Of a stretch of DNA of 64,000 bases, positions 17,260 through 26,694 are shown piece after piece. The translations under genes were made by a program, and so were the position numbers. This stretch comes from Planctomycetota bacterium. Lineage in GTDB: Bacteria > Planctomycetota > B15-G4. Under the pieces are notes generated by a model. It did not search any database. It worked only from the letters and a program-made list of their open reading frames with translations, and was not told where the DNA came from. Every line of letters begins with the position of its first letter. Within the stretch, counting starts at the first letter, position 1. The stretch lies in contig JAJDER010000013.1 in assembly GCA_029259725.1 (NCBI GenBank), positions 8,623 through 72,622 of the forward strand. The letters are read 5' to 3'.

Positions 17260-19419
17260 TCAGGGCGTGGTCGCGCGCAGGGCCCCGGTGGCGGCCAGGC
17301 CGTGCGGCGCGGCGAAGTCGGGCGCCCAGCCCTGGAACCACAGCGAGATGCCCGAGGGCACGCCTGAGGGCCAGATCGTGGGCAGCACGACCTGCCCGAG
17401 CCCGTTGGTCGGCAGGCCGACGACGAGGTCGGGCGCGGGCACGAGCACGCCGCCCTTGAACGGCGCGTTCACGTCGGAGAATCCGACCACCAGGGAGAGC
17501 GTGGAGAAGGGGAAGGTGTCGCACGCGGCGAGGCGCAGGTCCGAGAGCGGCTCGAGCGTGCCCGACCCGGAGAGCTTCGGCGCGAAGAGACCGGGCAGGC
17601 CGTTGCCGAGTTCGGTCCACGGATCGTGGTCGACGTGCTCGAGCCGGAAGGTGTCCAGGATCACGCCGGTCGCATCGAGGAACGACACGTCGAGCTGCCG
17701 GTCGTCCACGTCGAGCACCAGCGAGCCCAGGGTGAGCAGGCTGGTGACCATGACGGGGTGGTTGAGCGGTCCCTCGTCGGTGAGCTTGCCCGAGCTGCCG
17801 GCCACGGCGTAGACGGTGCCGTTGTGCGGGCCGACGGGCGTGCGGTAGGCGCCGTCGCCGGCCGGGTCGCCGTCGCCGTCGTCCACGACCATGCACGGCT
17901 CGAAGGTGAAGCCGCCCTCGTAGTGACCGTCGATGAGCATCGACCGCTCATAGCTGTGGCTGTGCCCGTTGAGCACCAGGTCCACGCCGTGATCCTCGAG
18001 CAGCGGCAGGATGTTCTCGCGCATGTCGATCAGGTCGTCTTCCAGGTCGCTGTCGTGGCTGCCCTTGCTGTACGGCGGGTGGTGCCAGTAGGCGACGATC
18101 CACTCCTGCGTGGTGGCCAGCAGATCGGCCTCGGCCCAGCTCCACATGACGCCGCCGGGCGCGCTGCTGCTGCCCTCGCTGTCGAGGCACAGGAAGTGCA
18201 CGTTGCCCCAGTCGAACGAGTAGTAGCTCTCGGTGTTGCTGGCGACGCCGCCGGCCTCGCCCAGCGTCGGCAGCGTGAACAGCGTCCAGTAGGTGAACAG
18301 GCTGTCGTCGTGGTTGCCGCGGGTGGGCCACGCGGGGGAGGCCTGCAGCACGTCGGCGTACTGGTCGAAGAGCGCCGACTCGTACTCGGCGTCGCTGCCC
18401 GCGTCGTAGGCGTTGTCGCCGAGCATCAGCCAGAAGTCGGGGACGCCGCCGTTGAAGGCCAGGAAGGCGTCGCGCACCGACGCGGCCAGCGAGTCGGAGC
18501 TGCCCGAGTCCCCGACGACCCACACGCGGAAGGGGTCGGTGCTGCCGATCGGCGGCGCCGTGGTGAAGGTGTGCGCGACATCGCCGCCCTCGAAGACGTG
18601 GGTCGGCGTGCCGATGTCGTAGTAGTACTGCGTGGCGGGCGACAGGCCGGTGAGCGTGATCTCGTGGTCGAAGGTGTCGACGTTGTCGTCGACCGTGTTG
18701 GTCAGCGAGCCGGGGGCGGCGCCCCAGCGCAGCCGCCCGAGGGTCTGGCTGTCGGTGCGCCAGCGGAGCGTGACCGCGTCGGGGCGCGTGCGCTGGAGGT
18801 AGGGCCCGCGGATCACGATCTCGTTCTCGGCCATGGTCAGCTCCAGGTCGAAGCTGATGTCCGAGCTGTCCGGCGCGCGCTGGTGCACTTCGGCGGCGAG
18901 CGTGTTCGTGCCGGTCACGAGCAGCGCAGGGTCCACGCTGAAGATGACCACCACGTCCTCCTCGCTGCCGTTCGCGGTCGAGGTCGCGAGGCTCAGGTAG
19001 TCCACGCCGAGGGCCGCCATCTCCGAGCGCGCGATCTCGGTGCCGTTGAGGTAGACGATGGCGCCGTCGTCGCGCACCAGCTCCAGCCGGCCGTTGGTGT
19101 AGGGCGACGGGTCGGCGACCTCGAAGGTCGTGCGGAAGTAGGTGGTTGGGAACTTGTCGGTGGAGCTGGGACCGAAGCCGACCTCGGTGGCCTCGTCGCC
19201 GTCGCCGTAGCCGAGGTGCGCCGGCCCGCTGAGCCAGACCGAATCGTCGAAGCCGGGGAGGATCCAGGCGGTGCCCTGATCGCTGCCGTCGTCGAGGTAC
19301 TTCCAGGTCGAGTGTCGCGGGAGCACCACGTCGGTGAGCGTGGTCTGCGCGGCGGGCGCGGGGACGAGCAGCGCGAGCAGCGCGACGCAGGGGAGCGGGA
19401 GCAACACGGTGCGGATCAC
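17260..19419 (-). CDS. Secreted purple-acid-phosphatase-like metallophosphoesterase with N-terminal lectin-like domain and shared C-terminal module
   Basis: GTG 19419 (GGAG 7 nt upstream) overlaps the upstream stop (GTGA). Signal peptide VIRTVLLPLPCVALLALLVPAPAAQ. Metallophosphatase motifs GDSG, GDNAY, GNHD, HHPPYS and GHSHSYER. C-terminal APFKGGVLVPAPD..WPSGVPSGISLWFQGW..ALRATTP. Confidence 0.85.
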   Translation of the reverse strand: MIRTVLLPLPCVALLALLVPAPAAQTTLTDVVLPRHSTWKYLDDGSDQGTAWILPGFDDSVWLSGPAHLGYGDGDEATEVGFGPSSTDKFPTTYFRTTFEVADPSPYTNGRLELVRDDGAIVYLNGTEIARSEMAALGVDYLSLATSTANGSEEDVVVIFSVDPALLVTGTNTLAAEVHQRAPDSSDISFDLELTMAENEIVIRGPYLQRTRPDAVTLRWRTDSQTLGRLRWGAAPGSLTNTVDDNVDTFDHEITLTGLSPATQYYYDIGTPTHVFEGGDVAHTFTTAPPIGSTDPFRVWVVGDSGSSDSLAASVRDAFLAFNGGVPDFWLMLGDNAYDAGSDAEYESALFDQYADVLQASPAWPTRGNHDDSLFTYWTLFTLPTLGEAGGVASNTESYYSFDWGNVHFLCLDSEGSSSAPGGVMWSWAEADLLATTQEWIVAYWHHPPYSKGSHDSDLEDDLIDMRENILPLLEDHGVDLVLNGHSHSYERSMLIDGHYEGGFTFEPCMVVDDGDGDPAGDGAYRTPVGPHNGTVYAVAGSSGKLTDEGPLNHPVMVTSLLTLGSLVLDVDDRQLDVSFLDATGVILDTFRLEHVDHDPWTELGNGLPGLFAPKLSGSGTLEPLSDLRLAACDTFPFSTLSLVVGFSDVNAPFKGGVLVPAPDLVVGLPTNGLGQVVLPTIWPSGVPSGISLWFQGWAPDFAAPHGLAATGALRATTP

Positions 19420-20507
19420 GGGGAGTCTCCGGGTGTCGGCGCGACGCAGGGCGGGTGCGAGGCCTGCGCGGGCGGCGGCGCGGCGCAGGCGGCGAGTCCG
19501 TCGCGCGCGCGCTGGCGCAGGGTGAGCAGGGCGGCGCTCTGGCGTCGGCGCGCGGGCAGGCGTTCCCAGGCGGCGAGGCACGCGCGGTAGGCGTCGGCGC
19601 CTTCACGCGGGCGGCCCGCGGCGAGCAACAGGTCGCCCTGCGTGACCCACCAGCTCTCGAGGCGCGCTGCCGGGGGCCCGACGGGGGCGGGCCCCGCCGC
19701 AGGTTCTGCCGCAGGTCCCGCTGCGGGTCCCGCTGCGGAGGCGACGGGCGCAGGCCTCGCGGCGGCGTGACGCGCCAGGGCGGCGTCGTGGCGGCCGAGG
19801 CGTTGCTCGAGCACCAGCGCCTCGCGGACCAGGGCGGGGGACGGGCCGGCCGCGGCCAGGGCCTCGTCGAGCGCGGCCAGCGCCGCCTCGGCGTCGGGCT
19901 CCGCCAGCAGCCGCGCCCGCCGCAGGGACAGCTCGGCCGACGGGCCGCCGTGAGCGAGGGCCCGCGCGAGGTCGTCGGCGGCCTCCCACGACCGCCCGAG
20001 TTCCTCGAACAGGTCCGCGCGCAACAGCCACGCCGCGGCGAGGTCCGGCGCGCGGCCGAGCAGGGTGTCGAGCTGGTCCTCGGCCGTGTCGTGCCAGCCC
20101 AGCGCGACGTGCAGGCGGGCCCGCAGCAGCGCGGCGTCGGCGCGACCGGCCTGCAGCGTCTCGGCGTGGTCGAGGGCCGTAAGCGTGCCGGCCCAGTCGT
20201 CGAGGTCGAGGCGCAGCTCGGCCAGGTCGATCCAGGCCGCGACGTCTCCGGGAGCTTCGGTCGCGCGCTCCTCGGCCCGGACGAGCCGCGCCGGCAGGCC
20301 GTCGTGGGCGGGCCGGGTCGCGGCGGGCGGCGCCGCGCGGGGTGACGGCGCGAGGGGCGACGCCGCGAGGGGCGCCGCGGCAACAGGTGACGCTGCAACG
20401 GTTGACGCCGCGACGGGCGACGCGGCCCCCGAGGAGAGCAGGCACGACACGAGCGCGACGGCTCGCAGCCGCGCGGGGCTCACGGCGAGTCCACGACCGC
20501 GCCTCAT
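19416..20507 (-). CDS. Secreted Ala-rich TPR-like helical-repeat protein
   Basis: ATG 20507 overlaps the upstream stop (ATGA). Signal-like N-terminus MRRGRGLAVSPARLRAVALVSCLLSSG. Ala/Pro repeat linkers. TPR-like helices (AAWIDLAELRLDLDDWAGTLTALDHAE, AAAWLLRADLFEELGRSWEAADDLARAL). Confidence 0.6.
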   Translation of the reverse strand: MRRGRGLAVSPARLRAVALVSCLLSSGAASPVAASTVAASPVAAAPLAASPLAPSPRAAPPAATRPAHDGLPARLVRAEERATEAPGDVAAWIDLAELRLDLDDWAGTLTALDHAETLQAGRADAALLRARLHVALGWHDTAEDQLDTLLGRAPDLAAAWLLRADLFEELGRSWEAADDLARALAHGGPSAELSLRRARLLAEPDAEAALAALDEALAAAGPSPALVREALVLEQRLGRHDAALARHAAARPAPVASAAGPAAGPAAEPAAGPAPVGPPAARLESWWVTQGDLLLAAGRPREGADAYRACLAAWERLPARRRQSAALLTLRQRARDGLAACAAPPPAQASHPPCVAPTPGDSP

Positions 20508-21454
20508 CCCTTGTCCGGGTGATCCAGGAACACGAGCGTCGCGCCGACCACGCCGAAGGGCGCGAGCACCGGGACCAGGTTGACGGGCACGCCCAGGCCG
20601 AGCAGCAGGTCCCAGTGCCGACGTCCCCACGCGGCGCGCACGCGACCGGGGTAGCGCTTGCGCGACAGCGTGATGTCGAGCAGGGCGGCGCCCGAGTAGA
20701 ACGCGCCGGCGATCACCAGGAACGGCGCGCCGATGGCCGTGAAGCTGAGCACGAAGAGGATCGACATGACCAGCAGCTGCCGCGCGAGCAGGTACAGCGC
20801 GGCCTTCAGCGCGCGCAGGCTGTCGGGGATCATCGCGCGCAGCGGCCGCCCGGGGTCCTTCAGGCCGAAGCGCTCGTTCTCGGTCTTCTCGCTCAGGAAA
20901 TCGTAGAAGGGCGCGTTGAACACGCCCTGCAGCATGACCGCGAGCACCAGCGCGACGAGCACCACGAGCACGCCGAAGATCGGGGCGAGGATCCAGTCGA
21001 TGGCCACGCGCAGCCAGTCGATCCACGCCGGCCAGGCCTCGGTCAGGTCCGGCGTCAGCGCGTCGAGCCAGGTCAGCCCGGCGGTGATCATGACGCCGGT
21101 GACGAGCACGTTCAGGATCAAGGGGGCGATGATCCACGACCACAGCCGCGGGTGGTCCAGCACGAAGCGGATGCCGCGCAGCGTCGCGCCGAGACCGCGC
21201 ACGAAGCTGGGCAGCCGGCTGGGCATGGGTGGCGGCGTGGCCTCGTTGAGGCAGCGCGTGCAGGGGCGCATCGACTGCCCGGGGTCGGGCAGGAAGCCGC
21301 AGTTCCAGCAGCGCGTGCCCGCCGGGCGGGGCTGGTGGCGGCCGCCCGCCGCCCTGGACGAGCCCCCCGGCACGAACCCCGGGGGCGGTGACGGAGGGCG
21401 CTCGCCGGGGCCGGGCGGAGAGGGCTGACTCGAGGGCGGAGGCGGGGGCGACAT
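20504..21454 (-). CDS. EI24/CysZ-like polytopic membrane protein with Pro-rich N-terminus and zinc ribbon
   Basis: ATG 21454. The N-terminus is PPPPPSSQPSPPGPG with CWNC..CTRC. The body has 4-5 TM helices and motifs of the EI24/CysZ (DUF540) type (GLGATLRGIRFVLDHPRLW.., FNAPFYDFLSEKTE). It is the first gene of a three-gene, overlap-coupled operon. Confidence 0.65.
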   Translation of the reverse strand: MSPPPPPSSQPSPPGPGERPPSPPPGFVPGGSSRAAGGRHQPRPAGTRCWNCGFLPDPGQSMRPCTRCLNEATPPPMPSRLPSFVRGLGATLRGIRFVLDHPRLWSWIIAPLILNVLVTGVMITAGLTWLDALTPDLTEAWPAWIDWLRVAIDWILAPIFGVLVVLVALVLAVMLQGVFNAPFYDFLSEKTENERFGLKDPGRPLRAMIPDSLRALKAALYLLARQLLVMSILFVLSFTAIGAPFLVIAGAFYSGAALLDITLSRKRYPGRVRAAWGRRHWDLLLGLGVPVNLVPVLAPFGVVGATLVFLDHPDKG

Positions 21455-21686
21455 GGTCCCTTGCGTACCACAGGACCGGCGCCGCGTCCCGCCCGTCTGC
21501 TAGGATCCGGCGTTCCGCGGCGGCCGCGAAAGCGCCACTCCCGGGGCGCCTCGACCTGGACGTTTCCCGCGCGCCTCGCTAGCCCCTCGCTGTTGCCCCG
21601 AGCTGTCGCCCCGACCTGTCGCTCTCACTCGCAGCCCTCCTCAAGAGCTGGTCCCCACGCACCGGACCGGCGCCCGGATCACCGCC

Positions 21687-22853
<1,167 letters not shown>

Positions 22854-22875
22854 CGGGCGCGGGCGGAGCGGAGCG

Positions 22876-23892
22876 TTGACGGACGGCGCGGAGGAGCGCG
22901 GGGCGGGCGGAGGCGCTGGTCGAGCGGCGTCCGGTGCTCGTGGTGCAGCGGAAGCGCCCTTCGACTTCGCGTCGATGCATCCATGCTTCGTGTGCGGGGT
23001 CGCGCGGTCCGGCACGTCGTTGCTCAAGGGCCTGCTCGACGGGCATCCGCAGGTGATGCTGCTGCCGGGCGAGTCCTTCGCCGCGGACTGGCACGACGCG
23101 GCGGATCCGGTGGCGGGCTTCCTCGCGGGCAGCAACTTCACCAAGTTCTTCGAGCCGGGCAGCGGGATCTATCTCGCGCTGGAACAGAAGCTGCGCGCCA
23201 GGCTCACCGGCCCGACCGATCTGCGCGGCGCGCTGATCGCGCTCTACGAGGCCGGCGCCGAGCTGTGGCCGCCGCCGCCCGGCTCGCGGGTGTGGGTCGA
23301 GAAGACGCCGCGCCACCTGCGCGTGCTCCCGGCGCTGCTGTCCACGTTCGGCGACCGCGCGCGCGGCGTGGTCGTGGTGCGCGATCCGCGCGGCACCATG
23401 TCCAGCCAGCAGAAACGCTGGAGCCGGGGCGGCGCCGCCGCCGTCCGCACCTTCGCGCGGCGCTGGGCCACGGCCGATCGGCTGGTCGCGCAGTACCAGG
23501 CCGAGCTGCCCGCCGCGCTGGTCGTGCGCTACGAGGACCTGGTGCTCGACACCGAACCGCACATGCGCCGCATCGCCGACGCGCTCGGCCTCGACTGGGA
23601 CCCGATCCTGGTCACGCCCACCCGCGGCGGCGAGCCCTGGGGCGGCAACTCCTCCTTCGGCGACAAGGCCGCCGGCATCAGCGACCACTCGCTGCGGCGC
23701 TGGGAGCAGTCGCTGGACCCGGCGGACGTCGCGCTGCTGGAGTCACTGCTCGGCAAGCGCATGGCTGCGTGGGGCTACGAGTTGTCGACGGACGCGGGTG
23801 GCGGCGGGTTGCGCAGGCTGGCGATGGAGGCCAACGCGGCGCGGCATGCGCGGCGTGAGCGGAAGCGTGCGCGGGGGCTGGGGCGCGGCTGA
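22876..23892 (+). CDS. Sulfotransferase-family protein (P-loop-like PAPS-binding motif)
   Basis: 5'-PSB-like CGVARSGTSLLKGLL and 3'-PB-like VVVVRDPRGTMSS. The start is uncertain: TTG 22876 (GGAGCGGAGCG upstream) or ATG 22975 (MHPCFVCGVARSGTSLL). Confidence 0.7.
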   Translation: MTDGAEERGAGGGAGRAASGARGAAEAPFDFASMHPCFVCGVARSGTSLLKGLLDGHPQVMLLPGESFAADWHDAADPVAGFLAGSNFTKFFEPGSGIYLALEQKLRARLTGPTDLRGALIALYEAGAELWPPPPGSRVWVEKTPRHLRVLPALLSTFGDRARGVVVVRDPRGTMSSQQKRWSRGGAAAVRTFARRWATADRLVAQYQAELPAALVVRYEDLVLDTEPHMRRIADALGLDWDPILVTPTRGGEPWGGNSSFGDKAAGISDHSLRRWEQSLDPADVALLESLLGKRMAAWGYELSTDAGGGGLRRLAMEANAARHARRERKRARGLGRG

Positions 23893-24000
23893 GAGGGGCT
23901 GAGAGTGCCGGTTGCGCTTCGCACTCCCCGAATCCGAGGGGAGGGGTACGCTGGTTTCAGCGCCCTCGGTCCACGGTGCGGCGCGCCATGGAGGGAAGCC

Positions 24001-26076
24001 ATGCGCCAGATCGCTCTCGCACTCGTGCCCGTGTTCCTGCTCGCGTCGGTTGTCCCATCGCACGCGCAGTTCACCGACCTGCAGCCCGGCCCCAACTTCG
24101 CGCCGCCCACGCATGAGTTCGGCAAGAACCGTTCCGAGAACATCGACGTCGGCGATGTGGACAACGATGGCGACCTCGACGTGATCGTCGCCAACGGCGG
24201 CGACTTCGGCAACGAGCCCAACCGCATCTTCATCAACGCGGGCGGACTCCAGGGCGGGACCGTCGGCGTGTTCAACGAGGAGACCGCGACGCGTTTCGCA
24301 GGCGTGCCCGACGACGCGAGTCGCGACATCGACTTCGCGGACATCGACGGTGACGGCGATCTCGACGTCTTCGTGGCCAACCGGGGTCACAACAGCGCCG
24401 GGCAGGTCAGCCGCTTCTACGTGAACCAGGGTGGGCTCCAGGCGGGTGCACTCGGGTTCTTTGGCGAGGACACGAACAACCGTTGGGGCGCGCTGCTGGA
24501 CGTTCCGCAAGCTGACCAGGTGTTCGGAGGCGACGCCGGTCCCTGGGAGGACTGGTCCTGCGAGTGTGAGTTCGCCGACCTCGACAACGACGGCGACCTG
24601 GACCTCTTCCACAGCTCGTACGGGCCCTCGATGAATGGGAGCCGACCGAGTCGCATCTTCCTCAACGACGGGGCCGGGGTCTTCGACGAGCTGTTTCCGT
24701 GGGTGGACCCCGGCGCCGACATCATGCTGCACACACGGGAGCTGGCGCTGATGGACCTGGACGGCGACTTCGATCTCGACATCGTCAACGCGAGTCGCGA
24801 CAGCCAGGCCCGCATCTTCATCAGCAACCTCTACAGCCCGACGACCGGCTCGACGCAGCTCTACACGGACACGACGGAAGCGTCGCTCTTCGCGACGGGA
24901 TCGACCGCAAGCGGATTCTCCAACTACGAGACCGAGGTCGCGGACTTCGACGGCGACGGCGACTTCGACGCCTGGATGGGCGACTACTTCGGGGACTATC
25001 GCGACAAGATCCTCCTGAACAAGGGCCTCGATGCGAACGGGGCCGTGGTGTTCCAGGAGTCGAACGGTCCCGGGCCCGTCCTGATCCACGGCGATCCCTT
25101 CAGCCTCGACTTGGAGGTGAACGCCATCGACTTCGATGGAGACGGTGACCTGGACGTGATGGCCGCGAACTTCAGCGGCACGAACCATGTCTACGTGGGT
25201 GGGAACGCGCAGGGCTTGGCGGGCCAGTACCACAACACGACCGGGCAGGGGACCAGCCTCTATCCGCAGATCGAGACTCCGGGCTTTGGGAACAGCGGGA
25301 CGGCGAGGGACGGTGAAGCCGGCGACCTCGACAACGACGGTGACACCGACTACCTGATCGCGAATGACGCCAACCAGGACAACGACCGCTGGGACAACGT
25401 CCTGGGCGTCCCCGACACCCACGCCCCCGAGGCGCTGGACGAGCGCATCGCGGTCGGTCTCGCGGTCGGGTCCGGCGGCGGCGTCGTGGTCAACGTGCAG
25501 CTGCGCGACAACGCCCCGAGCGATCTGATCCGCCTCTACGACGTCGTGCTCGTGCACCAGCCGGGCGACGTCTCCGTCGACATGTTCAGCCAGGGCAGCC
25601 AGCAGTTCCGCGCCGAGATCCCCGCGAGCGCGACCAGCTTCGTGATCCACGCGACGGACCTGGCCGGCAACATCGGCATCTCGAACGTGCAGGACCTCGG
25701 CGGTGCGTTCACGGAACTCGGGTGCGCCGACGCCGGGGTGACGGGAGCCCCGCTCTTCTCGGGGGCCGGCCCGCTCACGGCGGGCTCGGCGGCGAGCTTG
25801 CTCCTGTCGAGCGCCGCACCCTCCGCGCCGGCGATGTTCTTCGTCGCGTTCGGCCCGGGTGGAGCCGGCGCACCGTTCAAGGGAGGCACGCTCAAGGCGG
25901 TGCCGGTGCTGTTCGGGGTCGCGCTCACGACCGACGCCACCGGCAGCGCGGCCATCCCGTTCGTCACGCCGGGCGGTCTCAGCGGTGGCAGCGTGGTCGG
26001 CCAGTGGGCCATCAGCGACGCCGTGGCCAGCGCGAACGCGTCGCTGAGCAACGCGCTGCAGTTCGGCTTCCCGTAG
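24001..26076 (+). CDS. Secreted FG-GAP/VCBS-repeat (integrin-alpha-like beta-propeller) protein with shared C-terminal module
   Basis: ATG 24001 (GGAGGGA upstream). Signal peptide MRQIALALVPVFLLASVVPSHA|Q. At least 7 Ca-binding-type repeats (DVDNDGDLD, DIDGDGDLD, DLDNDGDLD, DLDGDFDLD, DFDGDGDFD, DFDGDGDLD, DLDNDGDTD). C-terminal APFKGGTLKAVPV..SLSNALQFGFP. Confidence 0.85.
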   Translation: MRQIALALVPVFLLASVVPSHAQFTDLQPGPNFAPPTHEFGKNRSENIDVGDVDNDGDLDVIVANGGDFGNEPNRIFINAGGLQGGTVGVFNEETATRFAGVPDDASRDIDFADIDGDGDLDVFVANRGHNSAGQVSRFYVNQGGLQAGALGFFGEDTNNRWGALLDVPQADQVFGGDAGPWEDWSCECEFADLDNDGDLDLFHSSYGPSMNGSRPSRIFLNDGAGVFDELFPWVDPGADIMLHTRELALMDLDGDFDLDIVNASRDSQARIFISNLYSPTTGSTQLYTDTTEASLFATGSTASGFSNYETEVADFDGDGDFDAWMGDYFGDYRDKILLNKGLDANGAVVFQESNGPGPVLIHGDPFSLDLEVNAIDFDGDGDLDVMAANFSGTNHVYVGGNAQGLAGQYHNTTGQGTSLYPQIETPGFGNSGTARDGEAGDLDNDGDTDYLIANDANQDNDRWDNVLGVPDTHAPEALDERIAVGLAVGSGGGVVVNVQLRDNAPSDLIRLYDVVLVHQPGDVSVDMFSQGSQQFRAEIPASATSFVIHATDLAGNIGISNVQDLGGAFTELGCADAGVTGAPLFSGAGPLTAGSAASLLLSSAAPSAPAMFFVAFGPGGAGAPFKGGTLKAVPVLFGVALTTDATGSAAIPFVTPGGLSGGSVVGQWAISDAVASANASLSNALQFGFP

Positions 26077-26137
26077 AGGTCGGGGCTGGCGTGAGCCGTG
26101 CGGGTGACACGCCGCGACGGCCGCGACGATCGAGTGC

Positions 26138-26653
26138 CTAGAGCGGCTCGATCACGATCTGCACGTCGGCCGCGGTGCCCACGTCGCCCCAGGTGAGGCC
26201 CTCCGCGGGCTGCACCTTCACCACGAAGCTGATCGTCGTGGCGCGCCCTTTGGGCTGCTCCTGACCGAGGAGTAGCGCGGCGAAGAACCTGGCGTTCTCG
26301 AGGTGGATGTCCGACGCCGTCTGTACGACGGGCTCGGTGGACCCGAGTTCCCGCGTCTGGTGGGTCCACAGCGTGCCGAGCACGACCTGACCGAGCTTCA
26401 CCGAGTGGACGACGGACACGATGCGCGCGGGGCCCGGCGACAGGTCCGGCATGCACGGCTCGGTCACCGAGATGAACGACTCGACCACGGCGCCTTTCGG
26501 CGCGGGGGAGAGGCGGTGCTTCGTGACCCACGGTTGCGGGTCGTTGCCCGCGGGCTGCGCGGGCGTCGGCGTGGGTGTGTCCTGGATCGCGGTGAGGGCG
26601 GACACGCCCGTCAGCATCAGTGCGACCGCAGTGAGCCTCAGCGTCTTCATCAT
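26138..26653 (-). CDS. Small secreted protein (171 aa), unknown function; last gene of the STK-sigma operon
   Basis: ATG 26653 with GGAGGAG upstream. Signal peptide MMKTLRLTAVALMLTGVSALTA|IQD followed by a Pro/Thr linker. No family recognised. Confidence 0.5.
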   Translation of the reverse strand: MMKTLRLTAVALMLTGVSALTAIQDTPTPTPAQPAGNDPQPWVTKHRLSPAPKGAVVESFISVTEPCMPDLSPGPARIVSVVHSVKLGQVVLGTLWTHQTRELGSTEPVVQTASDIHLENARFFAALLLGQEQPKGRATTISFVVKVQPAEGLTWGDVGTAADVQIVIEPL

Positions 26654-26694
26654 GGGGTTCTCCTCCGCGCATCCGGGTTCGAGCACACGCCAGC

